DNA of 62,624 nucleotides, the filler included, from Anaerolineae bacterium (GTDB lineage: Bacteria > Chloroflexota > Anaerolineae > Epilineales > Epilineaceae), in NCBI GenBank assembly GCA_029262755.1. It is 8 parts of 8 records of this genome, joined end to end, with 100 filler letters (N's around TTAATTAATTAA, not from the genome) between each part and the next. Parts side by side here need not be neighbours in the genome. Positions count along the whole stretch, not along the records: positions 8,128 to 22,427 come from JAJCYU010000129.1; positions 22,528 to 25,524 come from JAJCYU010000132.1; positions 25,625 to 39,641 come from JAJCYU010000133.1; 5 more parts are not named here. One strand, written 5' to 3'. The position numbers and the translations under genes are program-made. The notes under the pieces are model-generated. The model was not told the DNA's origin. It saw nothing but the letters and a program-made list of their open reading frames with translations, and ran no database searches. How positions within the stretch are numbered: position 1 is the stretch's first letter; each line of letters opens with the position of its first letter. Shown here one piece after another: positions 18,543-27,143 of this stretch.

Positions 18543-20546
18543 TCACTCCCCCTTCACCCCCACCGCCCACGAGAAGTGCTCCATGCCGACGCGGAGCGCG
18601 CGCTTGAAGGTGTGGTAGTCGGAGAAGAGCATCTTCAGATAGGTCCAGGCCGGACCCGGGCGCAGGGCCCACTCGCGGAAGGCCTTACGTTGCCATTCGA
18701 GCAGGTCGTCGGCGCTCAGGTTGTCGTACTCCAGGACCGTGCCCTTGTCCATGTCGACCTCTTCCCAGCGCGTGCCCTCCTTGAACCAGCCGTTCTCGAC
18801 GACGTCGAAGAAGAAGGGCGTGCCCGGGTAGGGGGCCGCGACGTGGAACAGGGCGATGTCCAGCGGCAGGTCCTTGGCGAGATCGATCGTCTCGCGGATC
18901 GTCTCCTCGGTTTCGCCGGGGAGGCCGATGATGAAATAGCCCCAGTTCTTGATGCCGGCGTTGCGCGCCCAGGCCAGGGCGCGGTGGGCCTTCTTGGGGT
19001 CGGCGCCCTTGGCGGCCTTCTTGAGGATCATCTCGTTGCCGCTCTCGATGCCCCAGCTGATCAGCCAACAGCCGGCGCGGCCCATCACGGTCAGCATCTC
19101 TTCGTCCACGTAGTCCACGCGCGAGTTGCAGGTCCACTTGATGGGCAGCTCTTCCTTGATGATCAGTCGGCAGAGTTCCATCACCTGTTCACGGTTGACC
19201 GTGAACAGATCGGCGTACATGTGGATGTTGTGGATGCCCAGATCGTGCAGCAACCACAGCTCCTGCATGATGCGCTCGGGACTATGCAGCCGTACGCTCC
19301 ACTGATAGGTCACGTGCTTGATGCAGTACTTGCAGCCCGCCGGGCAGCCGCGGCTCGTGACCAGGAAGGTGAAGGGCCCCTTCATGAGCGGCATGCGGTA
19401 CTTGTCCAGCGGCAGTAGGTGGTGCAGCGGCATCGGCAGATCGTCGAGATCGGGCAGGAACGGACGATCGACGTTGATGCGCGTCTCGCCGTCCTCGCGC
19501 CAGACCAGGCCCTTGACGCGGCGCAGGTCGTCGTCGCTCGGCACCGGGTACACCGGCGGTGCGGTGGGCAACAGGCCTCCCGCGACTCCGGTGCCCGGCC
19601 GCGTCCCGTTCGTCGTCCCGTTCGTCGCGCCGGTACCCGCAGCGCTCGTGGCTCCGTTCCCTCGGCCGTTTGAACGCGCGACGGGCGCCGTCTGCGGCTC
19701 CTGGACGATCCCGTTCCCCAGCCGACGTGCCGATACCGGGTCCGCGCCGTCCCCGGCGCGTGCCTCCGGGCTCATCGCGGAGCCGGACGCGTCGAGCAGG
19801 GCCATCGCCGGATCGACGACGGTTGTGGTCATGGTCGCGCCCATCTCAACCTCGGCCTCGGCCTTGGCCTGTCGCAGTTCCCAGCTTTCCCAACGCGGAT
19901 CGGTCTTCGCGAGAAGATCGCGAATCCAGCGCGGTTGCTCGTGCTCCTTGCCTGCGACCACATCGATCAGTTCTCGGAACGTCAGCTCCGGCTCACCGCG
20001 CACGATGTAGTCCAGCGCGGGGAAGTCACGCATCGTCTCCATGGGCATCGGCGTCACATGGGTGCCGAACGCAATCGTCTCGGCGCCGAGGCTCTTGGCG
20101 AGCATCACGCCGTACATGTCGTTGGTTAGCGTGGGCGCGGTCACCTGCGTTAGGTAGAAACGCGGCGCTCGTTCGCGCAGGATCTGCTCGAACTCCTGCC
20201 AGTCCATCCGTTCGGCGTTGGCATCGACGATGGCGAAGGTGTAGTCGGGATGGAGCATGGCGGCCAGCTGCGCCAGCGAACACTGCGGCCATACCATTTC
20301 TTCGCGGCTGCGCCGACCCACGCGGTGCTGGGTGCGGATCCAGATGCCCCCATCCGGCGTCGGCGGGTTGACGAGCAGAACGTCCACCGCGCCTTCCGGT
20401 CGATGATGGGTCTGGTTGCGCACGGCGGCGCCGGCGTCGGGGAAGTCCGCGTCGCGGAGCTTCTTGACAGGCCGTGAACCGAGATTCTGCTTGAGCTGCT
20501 GATCTCGGGGCAGCTTGATGTCCTTGAGATCGATCAGATCGGCCAT
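18543..20546 (-). CDS. Cobalamin-binding radical SAM protein (BchE/HpnJ-like class)
   Basis: LLVNPP, FGTHVT, VRGEPE (B12 domain); TSRGCPAGCKYC (CxxxCxxC), WGIESG, FIIGLPGET, PYPGT. Confidence 0.92.
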   Translation of the reverse strand: MADLIDLKDIKLPRDQQLKQNLGSRPVKKLRDADFPDAGAAVRNQTHHRPEGAVDVLLVNPPTPDGGIWIRTQHRVGRRSREEMVWPQCSLAQLAAMLHPDYTFAIVDANAERMDWQEFEQILRERAPRFYLTQVTAPTLTNDMYGVMLAKSLGAETIAFGTHVTPMPMETMRDFPALDYIVRGEPELTFRELIDVVAGKEHEQPRWIRDLLAKTDPRWESWELRQAKAEAEVEMGATMTTTVVDPAMALLDASGSAMSPEARAGDGADPVSARRLGNGIVQEPQTAPVARSNGRGNGATSAAGTGATNGTTNGTRPGTGVAGGLLPTAPPVYPVPSDDDLRRVKGLVWREDGETRINVDRPFLPDLDDLPMPLHHLLPLDKYRMPLMKGPFTFLVTSRGCPAGCKYCIKHVTYQWSVRLHSPERIMQELWLLHDLGIHNIHMYADLFTVNREQVMELCRLIIKEELPIKWTCNSRVDYVDEEMLTVMGRAGCWLISWGIESGNEMILKKAAKGADPKKAHRALAWARNAGIKNWGYFIIGLPGETEETIRETIDLAKDLPLDIALFHVAAPYPGTPFFFDVVENGWFKEGTRWEEVDMDKGTVLEYDNLSADDLLEWQRKAFREWALRPGPAWTYLKMLFSDYHTFKRALRVGMEHFSWAVGVKGE

Positions 20547-20547
20547 G

Positions 20548-21924
20548 TCAATTGCTCCGTGTTGTCATTGCGGCGGCCGTCTGCGCCGGTGCGCGGACAG
20601 CCTGAACGGGCGAGATATCCATCTCCTCGCCATGAAGGTCGCGACCGGTGGCCGTGTCGCGTTCGCTGAGCTCTTCGAGTACGCGCATGAGGATCCAGCT
20701 GATCGTGAGCTGCATGCCCACCAACATTCCCATGGCGCCGCCGAGCAGCCACAACCAGGTGCGTGTGATATCCCAACCCCCGAGACCGGCCACGAGGCTT
20801 CCGACGCCGAGTCCAAGGCCCGCGACCATCGCGCCGAGCCCGAGCCAACCAAAGGCGCGATCGAGGCCCGGGATCAAGGGGCGAGAGCCGAGCAACCCTT
20901 GGTGCACCGGCTCGCGGTGGAAGAGGCTTACGAGGTAGTTGAAGGTGATGCCCAGGTTGAGGATGGAGAATCCGGCGACGCCGAGTACGAGGGACGCGAA
21001 GGCCGTCGCGACGCCCCAGGGGCCCAGCTCGGTCACGCCGCCGAAGCGAATGGTGACCAGCGCCAGTCCAAGCACGCCCGCCAGGCCGAGCGCGACGAGC
21101 CCGGCCAGGCCAAGCAAGCGCGCCGGGTTGTACGCCATCGCCGTCCAGAGGATCGTGGTCAGGAAGCGTCGACCGTCGTGGATGACCGAGAGCTTCGAGT
21201 CGCCTACGCGCTCGTGATAGCGGATCGGCACTTCGATCATCGAGATGTTCTCGTGCACGGCCCGCGTGGTCATGACGGGCGTGAAGTTCAATCCATCCGG
21301 CAGCGGGTACAGGCGCGCCAGGGCCTCGCGCCGGACGATCCGCTGGCCCGACGCGCTATCGGTGATGCGATCCGCGCCCAATAGATTCACCAACCCGACG
21401 AAGAAGCGATTGCCCATTCGCCGCGTCCACGGCATGCCGCTCTCCGGATCGGCCATCCGACTGCCGACGACCAGATCCGCCTGCTGCTGGATCAGGGCCT
21501 GCGCCATATCCGGATACGATTCCGGCGGGTAGGTGCCGTCCGCGTCCAGGAACGCGAGCAGATCGCCTGTGCTGGCCCGAAAGCCCGTCTTGATGGCCGC
21601 ACCGTAGCCACGGTTTATCGGGTGGCGCAGCACGCGGACGCCATCGATGGCTTCCGCCAGCGCCGCGGTGTCGTCGCTGGAGCCGTCGTCGACGACGATC
21701 AACTCCAGATCGGCGACGCCGACCGCCAACAGGGCTTCGCGCGTCGAGAGCACGCGGCCGCAGATATCGGCGATTCCATGCGCTTCATCCATCGCGGGAA
21801 TAACGACCGAGAGTCGCTCGGCACCCACCCGGCGCGTGGCATCGTTCGCGTCGTTGACGCGTTGTGCATCCATGTCCCCATCCTCTCCCGCGGCGCGGGT
21901 TTCACGCTGCGTTGCCTGGCTCAT
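20548..21924 (-). CDS. GT2 glycosyltransferase (polyprenol-phosphate sugar synthase-like) with C-terminal TM helices
   Basis: [39 protein letters not shown] 21924 overlaps the upstream stop. Confidence 0.9.
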   Translation of the reverse strand: MSQATQRETRAAGEDGDMDAQRVNDANDATRRVGAERLSVVIPAMDEAHGIADICGRVLSTREALLAVGVADLELIVVDDGSSDDTAALAEAIDGVRVLRHPINRGYGAAIKTGFRASTGDLLAFLDADGTYPPESYPDMAQALIQQQADLVVGSRMADPESGMPWTRRMGNRFFVGLVNLLGADRITDSASGQRIVRREALARLYPLPDGLNFTPVMTTRAVHENISMIEVPIRYHERVGDSKLSVIHDGRRFLTTILWTAMAYNPARLLGLAGLVALGLAGVLGLALVTIRFGGVTELGPWGVATAFASLVLGVAGFSILNLGITFNYLVSLFHREPVHQGLLGSRPLIPGLDRAFGWLGLGAMVAGLGLGVGSLVAGLGGWDITRTWLWLLGGAMGMLVGMQLTISWILMRVLEELSERDTATGRDLHGEEMDISPVQAVRAPAQTAAAMTTRSN

Positions 21925-22427
21925 CGATGAGCCGCCTTCGTAGCGTGCCACACGCGGCGCGTGCCGCGATTCGATTCGGCCGGCGACACGTCCTCACATG
22001 CGCCGTCCGCGCTGATGTCCTTGAGCACCCGGGCCGGGACGCCGCCCACGACTGTATGAGGGGCTACGTCCTCGGTCACCACGGCTCCCGCCGCAACCAC
22101 CGCTCCTCGACCGATCGTGACGCCGTCGGTCACGATGCATCCCGCGCCGAGCCACACGTCGTCCTCAACCCGAATTCCTTCGGCCGTGATGCCTTGCTCG
22201 CTAAAGGGCCGCGTCGGATCCTCGTAGACGTGATTGACCGCCAACACCTGAACCGCCGGCGCCAGGTACACCCGATCACCGATCGAGATCCCACCCTGCC
22301 CGCGCAAGATGCTGTGCTCGCCGATCAAGCTGTCCCTTCCAATCGAGATCCCGCTATGGGGAATCTCTCGGAAGTTGTATACGTGGACGACGGCGTGGTG
22401 CATGAGGTAACAGTTGGCTCCGATCTT
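21921..22427 (-). CDS. Hexapeptide-repeat acyltransferase, 5'-truncated at contig edge
   Basis: Left-handed beta-helix repeats ([33 protein letters not shown]) and GGVPAR. Confidence 0.9.
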   Translation of the reverse strand, partial: KIGANCYLMHHAVVHVYNFREIPHSGISIGRDSLIGEHSILRGQGGISIGDRVYLAPAVQVLAVNHVYEDPTRPFSEQGITAEGIRVEDDVWLGAGCIVTDGVTIGRGAVVAAGAVVTEDVAPHTVVGGVPARVLKDISADGACEDVSPAESNRGTRRVWHATKAAHR

Positions 22428-22586
22428 NNNNNNNNNNNNNNNNNNNNNNNNNNNNNNNNNNNNNNNNNNNNTTAATTAATTAANNNNNNNNNNNNNNNNN
22501 NNNNNNNNNNNNNNNNNNNNNNNNNNNGATCCGCGACGTGCCATGTACGTCCGATCCACGTACGAACCATCGGGTGAAATCGAGCG

Positions 22587-22617
22587 GCGCGCCTCCCCGA
22601 CTGCGGGAAGCGCGCCG
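22587..22617 (-). terminator. GC-rich hairpin, possible terminator downstream of the 22855 gene
   Basis: GGCGCGC..TCCC/GGGA..GCGCGCC inverted repeat; no clear U-tract. Confidence 0.3.
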
Positions 22618-22636
22618 GTGTGATCTGCCGCACGTC

Positions 22637-22798
22637 AGGGGGCGTCCAATGATGAGATGACCGAACAAAGGGTGCCGAAGCGCCGCTCCAGGGTTCTGAT
22701 GAGACGAGGTGATCGCGGAGCTATCGCTGAGGAACAGCAGGGCGCTGGTGCGGATGCAGCGGCACCCGACTTGGTCAGGTTATTGTTGGACGCCCCTT
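22637..22798 (+). ncRNA. Candidate structured RNA or palindromic element (rod-like hairpin, ~162 nt), family unassigned
   Basis: Hand-folded nested stems: 22637-55/22780-98 (19 bp), 22658-64/22771-77, 22670-77/22760-67, 22680-91/22745-57, 22693-98/22738-43, 22708-13/22723-28. Non-Watson-Crick stem pairs are mostly G-U on the + strand. Confidence 0.5.
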
Positions 22799-22854
22799 AT
22801 TGGCGTTCGCTGCCTCGGCCTCCGACCGCATGCGGTGCGAGGTCCCCGCAACCG

Positions 22855-25518
22855 CTACGGCAGCGGCGGCGGAGGGGGAAGCGTCGTCGGGGGCGGGGGC
22901 GGTGAGCCGGGACCGGGGCCGGGCGGCGGGCCGCCGGGGGTCGGGATACCGGGCGGAAGGCTCGTCGGCGCCCCCGGAGGATTGCCGGGCCGCGAGGGCG
23001 GCAGGGGGGTGGGCACCAACGGAATCGGGGTTGCGCGGGGCACGCCGGGCGGATACCACGGGGCGCGATTGGGAACGCCTGGACACGAGATCGGCGGTCC
23101 CGCGAACGCGAAGCGGCCGATGATTGGGAATCCCTGGCTGGCAGAACTTTCATCGCCCGGGATGTCGTTGCCGAGCGTCGTGCCGCTGCGCTCGATCTTC
23201 ACGGCTGCGAGACCGACGAGGTTGCGCGCGGTGCCGCCCCGTTCGTCGAAGGTCAGATGTTCCCAGTAGACGGCACTGATCACCGCGCTGCCCTTGAATC
23301 CGCCGGGCAAGAAAGCCAGGTTGGCATCGACGTCGAGATACTCCACCTGCTTCTCGTTGAGCTTCTCGCACAGACTGTTGACCAGACCGTTTTGGTCATA
23401 GATGTAGATCACGAAGTCGGTGAAGCCAGGAACCGGTACCAGGTTTGAGATCGAGAGCTCCGTGGTAAGGCCGATCCCACCGACGTCCTTGAGCAGGCTG
23501 GGGATGCCGATGCGTCCTACGCCGGAGTAGAGCCCTCCCCATCCCGAGCCCGTCTGCCAGTCGAAGGCACGTTGTTCCGGGAAGAGGTCGTACGCAACGG
23601 CTTCCAGCGGACGAGAGCGCAACGCGTCTGCGTACTCGATGAGCGTGACGACACCGGTAATGTTGGCGGCCCGGACGAGCGGCTGACCCGGCGCGAACCA
23701 TTCTTGGCTCTCGACGCGCACGCCGCCTACCCAGTTGCCTGGAAGACCGGAGACGACCGGCAGGTAGAAGCCCTGGCTGCCACCGGCGCAGACCCAATCG
23801 ACAATCGTGTTGATCACACCGCCGGATCGGTCGAGGAAGTAGACCTTGACCTTGGCGCTCGTCACCTGCGATAGGTTCTGCACCTGCACCAACGTATCCC
23901 AGCCCTGGTACTCGGAATAGGTCAGGGGACCGTAGGCGACGGTGCTGCCGGTGGTGAAGGTCGGTGCGCCGTCGAAGTTGTATTTGAGCTCCGCGGGGTT
24001 GCCGTGGTAGGTCATGAGCACGTCGTTGCCGACAAGATCGACCACGATCGAAAGCGGTTGGCTGCCACGGACCCATGCGCTGCCGACAAAGTCGGGCCCG
24101 ACGCAGCCGCTTGCATCGAAGGTCGAGGTCTCGCCGGGCGCCAGGGTCAGTACGTCGCACACCCTGGCACGCTGGCAATCGTCCTGTGCACGGAACCAGA
24201 TCTCGATCGAGCTGCACTCGTAACCGCCGTTCTGGATGTAGAGCCAACTGTTGAAGCCGCCCTCGCCGGCGTAGACCAACGGCGCGAAGAACGCGAAGCC
24301 GTTGTACACCGGGTCCCATGCGCCTAGTTGCTCATCGGCAAGGCCGGCGTAGCCACCGACCGCGTTGACCAACGGATCGGCGTCGCCTGGACACTTGCGT
24401 ACGACCTCAACCGCCAGCGCAGCGCCAGGGTATGCGCCAAAGTCAAAGGCGTAGCGCGTGCTCTGCCAGACGCCGTATTCATTGAAGGCCTTCTTGAACC
24501 GGCGGTAGTTGTCGCAGCTTCCAACGACCTCGTGGAAGAGCGTCTCACATAGTAGGTCGGCGAAGATGTCCCCAGAGCCACCGGGATCACCGGGCGTGGC
24601 CGGTCCGCCCTGCGGATAGCCCGCACCGATCGCAGGTGCGCTGAAGATCATGGCGCCAGCCGCGCGGCTTGGGATCTGTGCGCCTTGGAAGTGCCATGCG
24701 CTCCCTGGTGCCAGCAGACCGGAGCACTCGACCTTCAGGGGGCCGGCACATTGCGGCGGGCAAAATCCGGGGGCACCCCACGTCAGCATCATCGCCTTGG
24801 AAGGCCAGGCACCGATATTCTGCACCTCGACAAGGCTGCTACAGATCGTGCCGCCCCCCTGCTGGTTGAGGACGGGTAGATGGATCTGCCGGCCGTACGG
24901 AATCTCGCAGCACGGGGGCTGCGCGACAGGTCCGCCGGGGCCGTTCGGTGGTGGCGGCGCCACGGGAGGCGGCGCGGATCGACCGGTCGTGAAGCCGAAG
25001 TCGGCACGCGCGCTACAGCACCAGAGCGTGGAAAAATCGCGTAGCTCGAGCTGTCGCCAGGTGGGCGTCGTCGGCGCATAGTGCTCGACGTGCAGCACCT
25101 CGACCCGAAACGTCGGACCGATAGGCAACAAGGGGAAGCGGTAGTAGCCGTCCTGGTTGGTGACGGTCTGGCCGACGACGATTCCGGACGTCTCGTCCAG
25201 CAGCCGGACCGCAAGCCCGGGCAGCCGCTGATCACCACCATGCGATTCATAGCGACCGTTGCGGTTGCGATCGAGAAAGGTGTTGCCGACGACCTTGAGC
25301 GATGTGCAGCGCGTGAAGTCATCGGGCGCCGAAGCATCGCCATCCTCGCTCGCGCCAAAGAGATCGACCGCACCCGGGCAATTGGGGGTGGCCTGTGGGA
25401 GGGGCGCCGCGGACACGGTCCCTTGTGGTTCTTGTCCGTCGTGGGCGCGCAGCCCAAGGGCGGCGGCGAAGACAAACAAGCTGGTAACGAGTGCGGGCAG
25501 GACCCGACGCGTGCGCAT
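22855..25518 (-). CDS. Secreted protein: SdrD-B-like domain, Cys-rich four-repeat module, Pro-rich tail
   Basis: Signal-peptide-like N-terminus; FLDRNRNG...TNQDGYYRF...ADFGF; the module aligns by eye with the C-terminus of the 58533 gene. Confidence 0.8.
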   Translation of the reverse strand: MRTRRVLPALVTSLFVFAAALGLRAHDGQEPQGTVSAAPLPQATPNCPGAVDLFGASEDGDASAPDDFTRCTSLKVVGNTFLDRNRNGRYESHGGDQRLPGLAVRLLDETSGIVVGQTVTNQDGYYRFPLLPIGPTFRVEVLHVEHYAPTTPTWRQLELRDFSTLWCCSARADFGFTTGRSAPPPVAPPPPNGPGGPVAQPPCCEIPYGRQIHLPVLNQQGGGTICSSLVEVQNIGAWPSKAMMLTWGAPGFCPPQCAGPLKVECSGLLAPGSAWHFQGAQIPSRAAGAMIFSAPAIGAGYPQGGPATPGDPGGSGDIFADLLCETLFHEVVGSCDNYRRFKKAFNEYGVWQSTRYAFDFGAYPGAALAVEVVRKCPGDADPLVNAVGGYAGLADEQLGAWDPVYNGFAFFAPLVYAGEGGFNSWLYIQNGGYECSSIEIWFRAQDDCQRARVCDVLTLAPGETSTFDASGCVGPDFVGSAWVRGSQPLSIVVDLVGNDVLMTYHGNPAELKYNFDGAPTFTTGSTVAYGPLTYSEYQGWDTLVQVQNLSQVTSAKVKVYFLDRSGGVINTIVDWVCAGGSQGFYLPVVSGLPGNWVGGVRVESQEWFAPGQPLVRAANITGVVTLIEYADALRSRPLEAVAYDLFPEQRAFDWQTGSGWGGLYSGVGRIGIPSLLKDVGGIGLTTELSISNLVPVPGFTDFVIYIYDQNGLVNSLCEKLNEKQVEYLDVDANLAFLPGGFKGSAVISAVYWEHLTFDERGGTARNLVGLAAVKIERSGTTLGNDIPGDESSASQGFPIIGRFAFAGPPISCPGVPNRAPWYPPGVPRATPIPLVPTPLPPSRPGNPPGAPTSLPPGIPTPGGPPPGPGPGSPPPPPTTLPPPPPLP

Positions 25519-25712
25519 CGACCGNNNNNNNNNNNNNNNNNNNNNNNNNNNNNNNNNNNNNNNNNNNNTTAATTAATTAANNNNNNNNNNNNNNNNNNNN
25601 NNNNNNNNNNNNNNNNNNNNNNNNTCCCGGCGCGCGTGTTGGCATGTGTGTTCGGACTGATCGATTCCGGCCTGAACAGGCCGAACGTCGCTTGCCCATG
25701 GCTCCATCCCCA

Positions 25713-27143
25713 TCAGCGTCCACGTAGGCCCAATACGTGCGCCACGGTGCGCAGCAGGACGTGCATGTCGAGCCACGGCGAAGGGTTCTTGATCGCGTAC
25801 AGGTCGTACTGCAGCCGCCGCAGCGCGGCCTCGGTCGATGCGGCGTAGCCTTGGTTGACCGTCGCCCAGCCGGTGAGGCCCGGCCGCACGGCGTGACGCG
25901 CACGGTAGAACGGGATCACGGCGGCCAGCTCGTCGACAAAGGCCGGGCGTTCCGGGCGCGGCCCGATGAGGCTCATCTCGCCGCGCAAGATGTTGAGCAC
26001 CTGCGGCAGCTCGTCCAGCCGCGAGCGACGCAACCAGCGCCCCACCGACGTAACGCGCGCGTCGTTCGCCGCGGCCCACACGGGGCCGTCCGGCTCGGCG
26101 TCCTCGACCATCGTGCGCAGCTTGTAGAGCGTGAAGGGCCTGCCACCCCGCCCAACCCGGGTCTGGCGCAGAAAGACGGGCCCGCGCGAGGTGCCGCGGA
26201 TCAACGGCGCCAACAGCGGCAGCAGGAGCAGCAGCAGCGCGCCGCCGGCCAGCGCAAAAGCCAGATCCAGCGCCCGCCGCGCGATGGGGTACACCCCGCG
26301 CGTTCCGAGCGGATCGAGTGGCAACGCGACCTGCCAGTGCCGCCCGACGTGCTCCACAGGCACGCGCCCCGTCACCTGCTCATAGAGGACGGGCATCGTG
26401 GTGACCGGCAGCCCCTGCTCGCGGGCATCCATGAGGGCCGCGAAGAGCTCCGCGTGCACATCGCCCGTGATGGCCAGCACCAGCTCCGTCGCGTCGTGCG
26501 CCCGCGCCTGCTCGACGAGCGTCGCGCGCCCGCCGACCACGGGCGCTCCGGCCACGTAGGCGCCGCGGAGCGCCGGATCGTCGTCGATCAAGCCCACGAC
26601 CTCGAAGGCATGCGGAGCCTCGGCGCGCAAGGTCTCGATCAGCGTACGCCCCGCCTGCCCGGCGCCGATCACGAGCAAGCGCCTGCGAAAGGCCGGCCGA
26701 CGCGCGAGGGCCGCGTACGCCACGCGCCAGGCCGGCATCGCCAGCGCGGCGCCCGCGGTGAAGAACACGAGCACGTGACGCACCAACGTCCAAGGCGGTA
26801 AGACAAAGTAGGCCAGCGCCCATACGACCACGATCTGCGCACCCGTGCGCAAGGCCCGGCTCGTCACGCCCCAATAGTCCGACGGCTGGCGCGCGTCGTA
26901 CAGCCCGTTCGCCGCGGCAAGCACCGTCCACAACCCTCCGCACAAGACCAGCCACCGCCCATACTCCGCCGCCAACGCCGCCGCACCATCCCACGCCCAC
27001 GCCGACCGCCGCGCCCCCAACGCCAACGAAACGGCGACCAGCAACGCAATCACCAGCCAATCCCCCACCACAAGCAGAGCCCGCCGCTGCCCGGCACGCA
27101 GCGCCAGCCCAGCCCGCGCTGGCCGCTCGCGCTCACCGCTCAT
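25713..27143 (-). CDS. Priming sugar transferase (polyprenyl glycosylphosphotransferase, WcaJ/CpsE-like)
   Basis: N-terminal TMs, VIGAG domain, KLRTM, DARVT.VGRWLR.SRLDELPQ, GEMSLIGPRPER, RPGLTGWA, YDLYAI. Confidence 0.95.
   Translation of the reverse strand: MSGERERPARAGLALRAGQRRALLVVGDWLVIALLVAVSLALGARRSAWAWDGAAALAAEYGRWLVLCGGLWTVLAAANGLYDARQPSDYWGVTSRALRTGAQIVVVWALAYFVLPPWTLVRHVLVFFTAGAALAMPAWRVAYAALARRPAFRRRLLVIGAGQAGRTLIETLRAEAPHAFEVVGLIDDDPALRGAYVAGAPVVGGRATLVEQARAHDATELVLAITGDVHAELFAALMDAREQGLPVTTMPVLYEQVTGRVPVEHVGRHWQVALPLDPLGTRGVYPIARRALDLAFALAGGALLLLLLPLLAPLIRGTSRGPVFLRQTRVGRGGRPFTLYKLRTMVEDAEPDGPVWAAANDARVTSVGRWLRRSRLDELPQVLNILRGEMSLIGPRPERPAFVDELAAVIPFYRARHAVRPGLTGWATVNQGYAASTEAALRRLQYDLYAIKNPSPWLDMHVLLRTVAHVLGLRGR

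Noticed and set aside
18543..20546. Calling the radical SAM gene hpnJ or bchE
   Set aside because: Only class-level similarity is visible and there is no hopanoid or bacteriochlorophyll context.
22565..22632. Cobalamin or c-di-AMP riboswitch-like words (GGTGAAATC, GGGAAG, GATCTGCC)
   Set aside because: Conserved GGGAA junction and helix order are missing, no downstream + strand gene, and the segment is explained by a simple hairpin.
22649..22735. Hammerhead core (CTGATGA) or box C/D motifs inside the long hairpin
   Set aside because: No correctly placed GAAA or three-way junction; C/D guides are not bacterial; the words sit within the rod's stems.
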